Below, piece by piece: positions 55,175 to 64,000 of a DNA stretch of 64,000 bases. The notes under the pieces were generated by a model. It ran no database searches, had not been told where the DNA came from, and saw only the letters and a program-made list of their open reading frames with translations. The translations under genes were made by a program, and so were the position numbers. The stretch lies in contig JAZRXD010000063.1 of NCBI GenBank assembly GCA_045600045.1, forward strand, positions 10,536-74,535. The letters run 5' to 3'. Numbering within the stretch: the stretch's first letter is position 1; each line of letters opens with the position of its first letter. This DNA comes from Bacteroidales bacterium. GTDB taxonomy: Bacteria > Bacteroidota > Bacteroidia > Bacteroidales > UBA1715.

Positions 55175-55224
55175 GATTTTTTTTCAGTACGATGTTACCC
55201 TTTTCGTTGCAACATATTAGAAAA

Positions 55225-55248
55225 GAGACGAACAAAATCGCCCGTCTC
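55225..55248 (-). terminator. Probable terminator after the giant adhesin gene
   Basis: The minus strand reads GAGACG-N12-CGTCTC followed by TTTTCTAAT, 26 nt past the stop at 55274. Confidence 0.5.
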
Positions 55249-55273
55249 ATTTCTAAATTCAGTTTTTTACTTT

Positions 55274-58200
55274 TTATCGAATCAACATGACGCTACCAAA
55301 TTTTGTTTTCTTACCATTTCCTGCATCAAAACCATCCCATATTTGACCATCGAGGAATGTCGCCTCCATTTTCCAAATATATTCGCCAGCCTGCATCATT
55401 TTTCCATCGTACATTCCGTCCCAGTAACCAATGAATTTTCCATCTTCAACATCGTTAGAGAACCAAAGTAAATTACCCCACTTGTCGAAAACCGAAACTT
55501 CGCACGTTCTTAAATTGAAACCTTTTGGTTGGAACGTTCTAACACTATGGGCAGGATTTGACGGAGCAAATGCCGTTGGCATATACAACGAAGTTGCTAT
55601 GTTTATGAACAAACATTCCGAGTATTTATTGCGACAACCAAAACTATTTTCAATAGTTAACGAAGGACAATTGTAACCATACATATAATTTGATTCAATC
55701 AACGGGAACTTTCTTCGTTCGTATGCAATAACCGTATCAATTTGATCTTCTCTTTCGCCACTATGTCCATAATTCCAATACAACGTATATGGAATTGGAG
55801 TGCCTTCCAGTTCGCCCAAATCATTCACTTTCCACAACGTATCTTGAACGGAACTATCAAGCAATTCAACAACATTTGAAGAACCTGGCAATGTCCATTT
55901 AAACAACGCAGTCGGATTTGGTGCAACTGTTACCACCAACGTATCGAAACCTTCACAACCAGCCCAAGTACGTTCGTACAACGTGATTGTATCGATTCCC
56001 TGTTCGTTGAAGTCGAAGTAGCGAACCGAAGAACTCATATTCTCTTTAGAATAATTCAACACATCGTTCGTCACACTCCAGAAATAATTACTTCCTTCGG
56101 TATACAAACTGTAATACGACAATGTTTCCTTAACACAAGTAGAATCTTCGCCAATAATTTTTGTTTTTGCCGAAGCTGCGACAGTCATTTCCAACGTATC
56201 GAATTCACTCTTACAACCAGTGGCCATATCTTCGTCACAAACCATAAAGCGATACATACCAACAGGAAGTTCTTGTCCACGGGCGAATTCATATTTTTGA
56301 CCGTGCCATACTTCCGGCAAAATTCCATCAAGACTCATCCACGTAATATTTGGAGTTCCCAAAGCACGTAACGGATCAATCTCTTCGCCTTCGCAAATAA
56401 CTTCGGAAAATACAACCGGTTTACGACCTCGTTCATTCACAACATAACGAACGGTATCAAACGCACTCTTACAAGTCAACAAATCGGAAACCTTAACGGC
56501 ATATTGAGCACGAACAGTATATTCAATCGTCTTGCCCGACAACGTATTTTTATATTCTTCAATGTTGAATGTATCCATAGCAACAACAGGTTTACTCAAC
56601 GCATTAGGCGAAATGTACCAAGTAAACATACTTCCATCGCACAACGCAGGAGTTACCGAAGCGACAACCGAAGGTAACGTGTCGTAAATACAGAACGAAG
56701 TATCTTCTCCCAAATCAATTGTTGGTGTACGGAATATATGCAACGTGATAGGAACCGTATCGGAAAAACATTGATTTTGTTCACGAACAATATAATATGT
56801 CAAATCATCACGTTTCACAAGTGAACTATCCGGCGTGTACGTATAACCCGACATCATATATTGCGTTGCGAGGCTATCGGAATACCATTTATCCAAACTC
56901 AAGTTTGTTGACAATGTAGGAATATCTTTTGAACCTTCGCACATAACAGCGTCGTTTACGACAGGAGATGATGGTTTTGCATATACGTAGAATGCCAACG
57001 GAGCAAGAGCACCTTCACAACCTTCATAAGTTTGCGTTGCGTACAGAATATTTCGGCCAGAAACCAAACTTTCCAACTGATAAACCTCACCAAAACCATC
57101 AGCCGTTTCGGTATTTGCATATGTTTTCTTATCGGACAAATACCAACGTATTTTTGCACCAATGCTATCAGAAACCGCTTTTAATGCTGGCGGATTATCA
57201 TATTCACAATAATGATATTCGTTTGTAACAATCTCCGGAGCTGACGGCAAACCTATAATTCTATATTGAACTTCGGCAACAGGACTTTGGCAACCATCAA
57301 CTGTTTGCGTAGCAAAATATGAATAACGTCCGGTTGTTGTTTCTTGCGATACATACGTTGCACTATTTGTCTTCAACATACGAGCTTTTGTACGCGAAGC
57401 ATCTGCATACCAAGTAATGAATCCATTTTCCGAAATTGCAGTGACCGCTTTGTTAGCCTCGCCCTCACAAACAGAATCAGTAAGAACCTCAGGTTTCATA
57501 GGAATAGGTTTAATTACAAATTCCTTCATTGTTGGTTCACTATAACAACCATCTTCCAAAACCTCAACCCAAACAGGATGAGTTCCAACTTCCGGAGCTA
57601 CTGGTGTGTAACGTGCGCCCATATTGTCTGATGGCGTACAATTAGGATAATTAGGATCTTCTTCGTACCAATAATACATTCCTGTTCCTTCGTATCCGGT
57701 TGCTCGCATTTCTGGATTTGCACCTTCTGGATATTCGCAAACTTGTTCTTGCGTAGCCACAATAGAAGCCGAAGCAGTTTTCTTAACTTTTAGAGTGACT
57801 TTTTCCATTGGACTTTCGCAACCTGCCGGAACAGTCAATTCTGCTATAGGTTGGCTATTGTATTCAGAAATGTAGAATGTGAATACATTGGCTTCGGATT
57901 TGTCAATTGCAGGAACGAAAATTCCAGTTTCATTTTCATCGATTTTCTCTTTGTCTGCATTATATAAATAGAATTTTTCGGCCTTGCCATTTGGTCTTTC
58001 CGCCCAAGAACTTTCAACGGCAGTCAATTCTTTTGTGTCGTCGTAGTTACACATTTCGTTGCCAATAGTTTTTGGTGCTGGAATCGGACAAGGAACAATC
58101 GAAACAGTTGTTGCGGCACGCTGACTTTCGCAACCATCAACTACTTGTGACGCATAATAAGTTTTTTCAACTATCACGTTACCCAAATCACCTGTCTTCC

Positions 58201-61200
58201 AAGAATTTTTACCGTTTGCTGTTACAACAGTTGCAGCGACACGCAAATCCATTTCGCCAGCATACCAACGAGTAGAATCTCCAGCATCCAATGTAGCAGA
58301 AAGTTCAGCATCGATATTTTGCGAACTCATTGTATAATGATGACTTAAAACAGGTTTTGAGACATAACGAACCGCAATATCCATTGTTTCGGTTTTGGAA
58401 CAACCCGACATGTCGATGTAAGAATATTGAAGTGTGTAATATGTTTTTTCGCTTACCGATTCATTTGCTGGATTTCTGAAATTTGTAATAAATTCACCTG
58501 TAGAAGAAACCGCACCAGCAAAAGAATTGTCAACCATTGCCCAAGCACCTGAACCCGCACCATTTGTATGATAGTCAACCTGAACATTCAATTGACGAGT
58601 GCCTAAATCATAACAAAGCATTGAAGGATTTCCATTAAATGTTATTTCTGGCAAAGGCAACACCTTAGCTTGAATTTCAGCTTTTTTACTTTCGCACTCA
58701 ATACCTGTATATGGTTCGTTTGCAAAATAGCTTACGCTGAAGTTTGTGGTTTCAATTAAACTTGGCGTAAATTCATTTGTTGAATTGGAAATTTTAGAAC
58801 CATCAGCATTATACCAAGCCCACGAGTTTGCAGAAACACCAGCCGGAACATTTGCCTCAAAACTTTCAAACGGAACTTCGTCGCAAGTTTGAATATTTTC
58901 AACGATTGGTGCAGTAAACGGACACGCTTTTATTGAAATTATTTGTTCCGCCGCTTCACTTTCACAGCCACGAATTGTTTGACTTACCAAATATGTTGTA
59001 GTAACTTCCTTCGTTTGACCGAGAATTGTAGAAGGAACAGTCCATGGATTATCGTTTGCAAGCAACACATCATTATTATACCAATTAACAACTGTTCCCG
59101 ATGTTGTAGCCACATTTCCAGCGGTAACAACAAGCGCATCTTCGGTAATTGTCAATCGTTTGATTTCAGTTGTTGTTGGAGTTTCGGCAAATTCTATTTC
59201 GATTGGCAATGTTGATTTTCCGTAACAAGAATTTCCGTCGGAATAATCGGTGTAGTATTCATATTGAATAGTATAAGCACCATCTTCTTCGCCTTTGAAT
59301 TGCAAATCAAATTCACCTGTTACAGCATCAATACCCGAAGTTTCCGACAAAATACTCCAAGCGCCGTGCCCATTTGTCAATTCAGCCAAATCTTTTCCGT
59401 CAACAGTTGCTTTGGCCGTTTTTGTTCCGTCATAGTAACACAAAACAGAATTATCAAATGGTTTTACAACAACTTCAGGATTTGGATGAACCGTAATCGT
59501 AATTGGTTCAGACAACGGACCGAAACACATATCAGTTCCGCCAGTGCCATCGTTTCCATTTTGTTTTACATAGAATGTATAAACAGTTTCTTCTGTAACC
59601 GAAGAAGTATAACCAGAAATTGAATTTACATTCAAATTCTTACCGCTACCAACTAGATTAGTTCCTTCCTCATTGCTGTACCACAACCATTCTGTAGTTC
59701 CATCACCTTCGTTTTGTGCGATTAACGTTGGCAACACCGCAGCTTGCAAATCATCGGTTTTAGCACAAAGCGACTGACTTTCGGCTGTTGGTACTGGAGT
59801 TGGACATTCTACAATGTTCCAAACAGAAGTTGCAATCGGACTTGGACATGTATTAACCCATTGTTGAACAGAATATGTATAAGATCCTTCCGCAGTAATA
59901 TTTGGTTTCATATCGATTGGCGAACTTGTACCAATTTCAACAGAAGAAGAATTTTTAACACTTAATGTGGCACTCAAATCGGTTGCATAATCAATAACCA
60001 TATTTGGAACCAAAGCGATTTTTTCCTCACTTGAACTCCAAACCTGCGGTGTTCCAATACCTGTTCCCGTTGGCGCTATAACATTAGTTACCGAAAATTC
60101 TTTTGTAATTGAATTCGTACACGTTGTCTCTTCCGTCGTTCCTGCACCCCAAACCTCGTCGGTGGAAACAGTCAATTCTGTCTTTGTTACACTTGTTGTG
60201 TTTTCGTCGAATACAAGCGACCACGTTTTATTATCAGTTACGTCACCCGACGCAGCAGTCAAGGTTGACGTAACATTACCAGAAGTTGCAGGACCATACG
60301 TTACATCAATCGTATTTTCGGTACTACAAATCACATCCGGAACTATGATTGTTGGTTCTGGTTTTGCATGTACCTCAACCGTAACAGCCGTAGCCGGACT
60401 AAAACATTCCGTACCCAAAGTTCCGTCATATTCCGACACGTACACAGTAACAGTTCCCGCAGCAGATACTTTATCCTGAGGAACAGTAAATGTCAAACCT
60501 TTTCCATCAGGATTTGCATCGTTCAAACTTGATACAGTTGTAACAGGAATTTGAGTACTATTCCAGAACCAACCTATTGTTTTCGTTGCATCAGATTCAG
60601 GATTTGTATACGTTGAAACTGCGTGAACTTCAATGCCATTCTGACCAGCACAAGCATAGAATTTAGGCGCCGTTGGTGAAGTAACTTTACAATCTGTAAT
60701 TGTTAAAATAGCTTCTGCAGGTTCACTTTCGCATCCATTCAAAGTTTGAGTATAATATGCGAAATACTGCCCTTCTATCATTTTTCCACTTCCGTCATTC
60801 GCAAATGGAATCTGATACCATTCATTTTCACTTAAAACTGTTGTCGTTGCATCGTTTGAAGCATACCACTTGAACGACGCTCCCGTAGCTCCGCTAGCCA
60901 TCAATTTTGGCACATCAATTTGAGAAGAAACATCCAATTTTGAAGCACTTGCTGAAACAGCATCTGGCGCATCTATATGATTTACAACAATAGAATGTTT
61001 CACTTCGTCAGCCTTACAACCATTTGCATCGGTATATGACAATGTTATTTCTTTTTCACCAGTCAAACCTGTTGGAGTAAATACAGAACCACTAACGCCA
61101 CCTGTTCCGGAAAAGGCAACCGTTCCGCCTGAAATTGTAGAGAACGAACCCGATTCATATTTTACTTTTCCTACCAAATTAATTGCAGATTCATAATCAC

Positions 61201-64000
61201 AGATAGCTGTTTGCAAATCAAAATCGATTATTGGTTTTGCATTAATTTTTACGGAATTAGAAGCCAAACCTTTACAACCATTTGCATCGGTGTATGTCAA
61301 ATTAATTGTATGTGTTCCTGCTACTTGCCCGATAGAAGAGAATTTTCCCGTCGTAGCATCAACACCCGTTAATGTTGACGATGTGTATGAATATGTTGGA
61401 GTTTGTGCACCTGTTGTTGCATATGTTCCACCCAAAGCCATTGTAACATCGCCAGAAGTCGTTCCGCCTTGTTCACAAACCTCAGTTAAACTTGGTGTAA
61501 TCGTAATTTCTGGCATTGAAAATACATCAACCGACGTTATTTTCTTTTCTGCTTTACAACCTGCCAAACTTGTAAATTCATACGAAATGCTACTTGTTCC
61601 CGCACCTGCTGTTTTTGGCACGAAAGAAGCCGTTTTTTCCGAAACCTTTGTAACATTTCCTGTCCAAACACCATAGCCCTCCAAATCATCGGAAATTGTT
61701 GCAGTAATTGTTTGTGTTGTTTCATCATCAGCACATTTTGCTGTCAAAGTTGACAATGTAGCTTTCGGAATAGGATGAATAGTAAGCGGAATTGTCACAG
61801 GAGTTTTGTTCGAACAATTATTTGCATCCGTCACAACAACACCAACAACATAATCGCCTATAGAAGCAGTTGCCTTCAATAACGGAGCTGCATCAGTTGT
61901 AGAACTTAAATTTCCAGAAGGATCACAAGACCACACCTGACCTTTGCTATATGTTTGGTCAAGACTCAAAGAAATTGCCGTTCCATAGCAAGCATTATCC
62001 TTTTCAACACCGCCAACTTTTGCTGTGATAACAGGATTAGGCAAAGGATTTGTCACAACCGTGATTTTGGCTTTTGCACTTTCGCAAATATCCGGTTGTT
62101 GTGTTACATAATAATATTGAGTACCAGACGTTGCGGTTGATGGAGTTGGAGCAGCAGACAAAGCTGTTGTTGAAGTTTCCGAGTCATACCATTTTACACC
62201 ACTTGCAGAACTTGGAGCTTGCAAAGCTGAAGCTGTCGCATCCTGACAATAAGTTACCGTCCAATCTGCCACAGGAGCAGGAATCTCTATTACATTGATT
62301 TTCTTTGAAGGAATTGGAGAATCGAATTCACAACCATACGTACTCTTGTAATTGTATTCCACAGTTTTTTGTCCTGCGCCATTTGCTGTATATGTAGCTT
62401 CGAAATCGCCAACTTTTGTTGCATTCGACGACCAATTGCCAACGGCTGTATAAGGGCCTTTACCATCTTCTCCACCAGTAATTATTGCCTTTATAGTTTC
62501 GGTAGTCAAATCACACATTTTTATTTCCGTTTCAGGCGTTAACGTAGCCGTTGGCAAAGGATGAATTGTGATTTTTTGTGTACTTGTACCAGTACAACCA
62601 TTCTCGTCTTCAACAGCAACGGCAACAGTATATGAGCCATCTGCTTTTCCACTTCCGTATGTAACAGTTTCGTCAGTTCCCAATGTAGTTGAACCTTCAC
62701 TCCATGTTATTTTTTTATACGATTGAGATGGCAATGACAATATTGTGGTTGCGTTTTTACAAAATGATTCAGGTTCAGCTTTTATTTCCGGAGTTAAATT
62801 CGAATTGATTGTCACAGTTGTACTTTCGGCCGATGCTGAACAACCATTTGCATCGGTTACCGAAACCCCAATAGTATATGTATCTGTTTTTGAATTTTTA
62901 GAAATGATTGGAGTCGCAGATGTTGTATTACTTATAACATTTGTTGGAGAGCAAGTCCATGTTTGAGACGAATATGATTCGGTCAAACCTAATGTAACAT
63001 CTTCTATTCCAACACAAACGCTTGGTTTACTACGAGTAATTACCGGTGTTGGCAAAGGATTGATTACAGCCGAAGCTTCGATAGATGTTACCGAACAAGT
63101 TTTGTCGGAATATGTTTCGGAATACGTTAATTTTTCTGTTACAGTAGTTTCGGTTGTTACAGTTTGTCCCACTATTGCAGTTTCGGTGGAACTAGTCGTA
63201 GTACCAGTCCAAGAATAACTTGGAGTTCCAGAACCCTTATTTGTAATTGTTGCACTAAAAGTAATATCATCACCACTACAAACTTTGCTATGATCAGGAG
63301 TTATTGCCGAAATTTTTGGTTGAGGATAAATTGACACATCAATTTTCTTTTCGTCGGTACACATTGCCAATTCAACTCTCACTGTATATTCACCACTGTT
63401 GTCGATAGTAGCACTCGATGAGACCGTATGTACTGTAGTATTCGAGGTTTCTACCGGTCCATAATCGGAATATGATTTTGGACCATTTATAAAATACGAA
63501 GCACCAACGGCATTGCTTGTAGTTAAAGTTACAGACAACGGATTTCCTTCACAATCGTTTCCACTCGAAATCATGCTTACGATTTTCGGTTGAGGGATAA
63601 TCATAATATCGGTAAAACTAGACAAATCGTCAGCCACACAATGAGCATCTTCCAAAGCCGTCAATTTAAATTTGTAAGTTTCTGGATCACTAGGAAGCGT
63701 TGTCGGAGAATACGTCATACTTGTATATCCTGTAATCCAATTGGATTCCTTAAAACCATCAGTGTATTTAAATTTAAACGGTGGAGTTCCTGTAAAAGTA
63801 AATACAGGAGCTTTGATTGTTGCACCCGCACAATATGTATCACCACCTGTAACTTTTACTGTTGGTTTTTCAGCAGGGGTAATTGTAAAAGATTGTTCTT
63901 TCCAACAACTTTCCATTGTCGGATATTTAGCATCACTCACACGAACCCAATATGTATCGGCATCTGCAATATCGCTAATTGAATACGAATCACTTTTCTT
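55274..64000 (-). CDS. Giant cell-surface adhesin-like protein with a type-B T9SS (gliding-motility-associated) C-terminal domain; 5'-truncated by the window
   Basis: The reading frame stays open from 55274 to base 64000. The track's GTG start at 63940 is preceded in frame by KKSDSYSISDIADADTYWVR with no stop. It contains more than 30 modules of ~80-95 aa, each bracketed by conserved Cys (e.g. VTDANGCSASAESTTVTINS, VEDENGCTGTSTQKITIHPLP, YTDANGCKADEVKHSIVVNH). A recurrent W(Y/F)...Y..Q...GCES module also appears. The C-terminal ~95 aa (MPTAFAPSNP...FDKWGNLLW...WDGMYDGKMMQAGEYIWKMEA...KFGSVMLIR) fit the CHU_C/type-B CTD pattern. Confidence 0.9.
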   Translation of the reverse strand, partial: KKSDSYSISDIADADTYWVRVSDAKYPTMESCWKEQSFTITPAEKPTVKVTGGDTYCAGATIKAPVFTFTGTPPFKFKYTDGFKESNWITGYTSMTYSPTTLPSDPETYKFKLTALEDAHCVADDLSSFTDIMIIPQPKIVSMISSGNDCEGNPLSVTLTTSNAVGASYFINGPKSYSDYGPVETSNTTVHTVSSSATIDNSGEYTVRVELAMCTDEKKIDVSIYPQPKISAITPDHSKVCSGDDITFSATITNKGSGTPSYSWTGTTTSSTETAIVGQTVTTETTVTEKLTYSETYSDKTCSVTSIEASAVINPLPTPVITRSKPSVCVGIEDVTLGLTESYSSQTWTCSPTNVISNTTSATPIISKNSKTDTYTIGVSVTDANGCSASAESTTVTINSNLTPEIKAEPESFCKNATTILSLPSQSYKKITWSEGSTTLGTDETVTYGSGKADGSYTVAVAVEDENGCTGTSTQKITIHPLPTATLTPETEIKMCDLTTETIKAIITGGEDGKGPYTAVGNWSSNATKVGDFEATYTANGAGQKTVEYNYKSTYGCEFDSPIPSKKINVIEIPAPVADWTVTYCQDATASALQAPSSASGVKWYDSETSTTALSAAPTPSTATSGTQYYYVTQQPDICESAKAKITVVTNPLPNPVITAKVGGVEKDNACYGTAISLSLDQTYSKGQVWSCDPSGNLSSTTDAAPLLKATASIGDYVVGVVVTDANNCSNKTPVTIPLTIHPIPKATLSTLTAKCADDETTQTITATISDDLEGYGVWTGNVTKVSEKTASFVPKTAGAGTSSISYEFTSLAGCKAEKKITSVDVFSMPEITITPSLTEVCEQGGTTSGDVTMALGGTYATTGAQTPTYSYTSSTLTGVDATTGKFSSIGQVAGTHTINLTYTDANGCKGLASNSVKINAKPIIDFDLQTAICDYESAINLVGKVKYESGSFSTISGGTVAFSGTGGVSGSVFTPTGLTGEKEITLSYTDANGCKADEVKHSIVVNHIDAPDAVSASASKLDVSSQIDVPKLMASGATGASFKWYASNDATTTVLSENEWYQIPFANDGSGKMIEGQYFAYYTQTLNGCESEPAEAILTITDCKVTSPTAPKFYACAGQNGIEVHAVSTYTNPESDATKTIGWFWNSTQIPVTTVSSLNDANPDGKGLTFTVPQDKVSAAGTVTVYVSEYDGTLGTECFSPATAVTVEVHAKPEPTIIVPDVICSTENTIDVTYGPATSGNVTSTLTAASGDVTDNKTWSLVFDENTTSVTKTELTVSTDEVWGAGTTEETTCTNSITKEFSVTNVIAPTGTGIGTPQVWSSSEEKIALVPNMVIDYATDLSATLSVKNSSSVEIGTSSPIDMKPNITAEGSYTYSVQQWVNTCPSPIATSVWNIVECPTPVPTAESQSLCAKTDDLQAAVLPTLIAQNEGDGTTEWLWYSNEEGTNLVGSGKNLNVNSISGYTSSVTEETVYTFYVKQNGNDGTGGTDMCFGPLSEPITITVHPNPEVVVKPFDNSVLCYYDGTKTAKATVDGKDLAELTNGHGAWSILSETSGIDAVTGEFDLQFKGEEDGAYTIQYEYYTDYSDGNSCYGKSTLPIEIEFAETPTTTEIKRLTITEDALVVTAGNVATTSGTVVNWYNNDVLLANDNPWTVPSTILGQTKEVTTTYLVSQTIRGCESEAAEQIISIKACPFTAPIVENIQTCDEVPFESFEANVPAGVSANSWAWYNADGSKISNSTNEFTPSLIETTNFSVSYFANEPYTGIECESKKAEIQAKVLPLPEITFNGNPSMLCYDLGTRQLNVQVDYHTNGAGSGAWAMVDNSFAGAVSSTGEFITNFRNPANESVSEKTYYTLQYSYIDMSGCSKTETMDIAVRYVSKPVLSHHYTMSSQNIDAELSATLDAGDSTRWYAGEMDLRVAATVVTANGKNSWKTGDLGNVIVEKTYYASQVVDGCESQRAATTVSIVPCPIPAPKTIGNEMCNYDDTKELTAVESSWAERPNGKAEKFYLYNADKEKIDENETGIFVPAIDKSEANVFTFYISEYNSQPIAELTVPAGCESPMEKVTLKVKKTASASIVATQEQVCEYPEGANPEMRATGYEGTGMYYWYEEDPNYPNCTPSDNMGARYTPVAPEVGTHPVWVEVLEDGCYSEPTMKEFVIKPIPMKPEVLTDSVCEGEANKAVTAISENGFITWYADASRTKARMLKTNSATYVSQETTTGRYSYFATQTVDGCQSPVAEVQYRIIGLPSAPEIVTNEYHYCEYDNPPALKAVSDSIGAKIRWYLSDKKTYANTETADGFGEVYQLESLVSGRNILYATQTYEGCEGALAPLAFYVYAKPSSPVVNDAVMCEGSKDIPTLSTNLSLDKWYSDSLATQYMMSGYTYTPDSSLVKRDDLTYYIVREQNQCFSDTVPITLHIFRTPTIDLGEDTSFCIYDTLPSVVASVTPALCDGSMFTWYISPNALSKPVVAMDTFNIEEYKNTLSGKTIEYTVRAQYAVKVSDLLTCKSAFDTVRYVVNERGRKPVVFSEVICEGEEIDPLRALGTPNITWMSLDGILPEVWHGQKYEFARGQELPVGMYRFMVCDEDMATGCKSEFDTLEMTVAASAKTKIIGEDSTCVKETLSYYSLYTEGSNYFWSVTNDVLNYSKENMSSSVRYFDFNEQGIDTITLYERTWAGCEGFDTLVVTVAPNPTALFKWTLPGSSNVVELLDSSVQDTLWKVNDLGELEGTPIPYTLYWNYGHSGEREDQIDTVIAYERRKFPLIESNYMYGYNCPSLTIENSFGCRNKYSECLFINIATSLYMPTAFAPSNPAHSVRTFQPKGFNLRTCEVSVFDKWGNLLWFSNDVEDGKFIGYWDGMYDGKMMQAGEYIWKMEATFLDGQIWDGFDAGNGKKTKFGSVMLIR

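Noticed and set aside
1-64000. Search for CRISPR arrays, rRNA, IS elements/transposases, integrases, toxin-antitoxin pairs, restriction-modification systems, retrons or DGR reverse transcriptases.
   Set aside because: I saw no regularly spaced direct repeats of 25-40 bp and no rRNA-like segments. No ORF carries DDE/tyrosine-recombinase/RT motifs, and there are no small paired ORFs of TA type. The two standalone SAM methyltransferases look like tRNA or small-molecule enzymes (NPPF in a TrmN6 context, generic class I) with no partner endonuclease.

Overview
This window is a visibly AT-rich chromosomal segment from a member of the Bacteroidota that has a type IX secretion system (T9SS) and gliding-type surface proteins. 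Four things support that placement. There is a 2428-aa SprA/Sov-type translocon gene directly downstream of ruvA. Two proteins carry type-A T9SS C-terminal domains (CTDs). A giant adhesin of more than 2900 aa carries a type-B (gliding-motility-associated) CTD. The Bacteroidetes -7 promoter box TAnnTTTG sits 15-60 nt upstream of many start codons and tRNAs. Most of the window is housekeeping: secA, rimM, topA, a PBP1A gene, pdxA, ruvA, typA, a uvrD-like helicase, tRNA-modification genes and four tRNAs. There is also sugar catabolism: xylA, a xylE-like porter, a GH31 enzyme with a PA14 insert, and a GH13 lipoprotein. I saw no CRISPR array, transposase, integrase, rRNA or phage module. Four regions deserve a second look. 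(1) A five-gene heterodisulfide-reductase-like (Hdr/Qmo/DsrMK-like) membrane-anchored Fe-S/flavin cluster at 9.2-14.2 kb has no recognisable substrate or partner genes. An intergenic spacer with two mutually inverted 7-bp-period repeat arrays splits it. (2) In a secreted-protease locus at 43.8-47.8 kb, a thermolysin-like M4 protease lacks a T9SS CTD. It is followed by a paralogue that has only the M4 propeptide fused to a T9SS CTD. A tail-fibre chaperone-domain T9SS protein and a divergent chagasin-type inhibitor flank the pair. (3) The sprA operon is tightly coupled to a 622-aa beta-barrel gene and a PAP2 phosphatase gene. (4) The giant cysteine-bracketed Ig-repeat adhesin is cut by the window edge, with a DUF1573-LRR-mnmD operon next to it. 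A degenerate arginase-fold protein translationally coupled to topA is also notable. All functional calls come from reading motifs by eye; no database search was possible.
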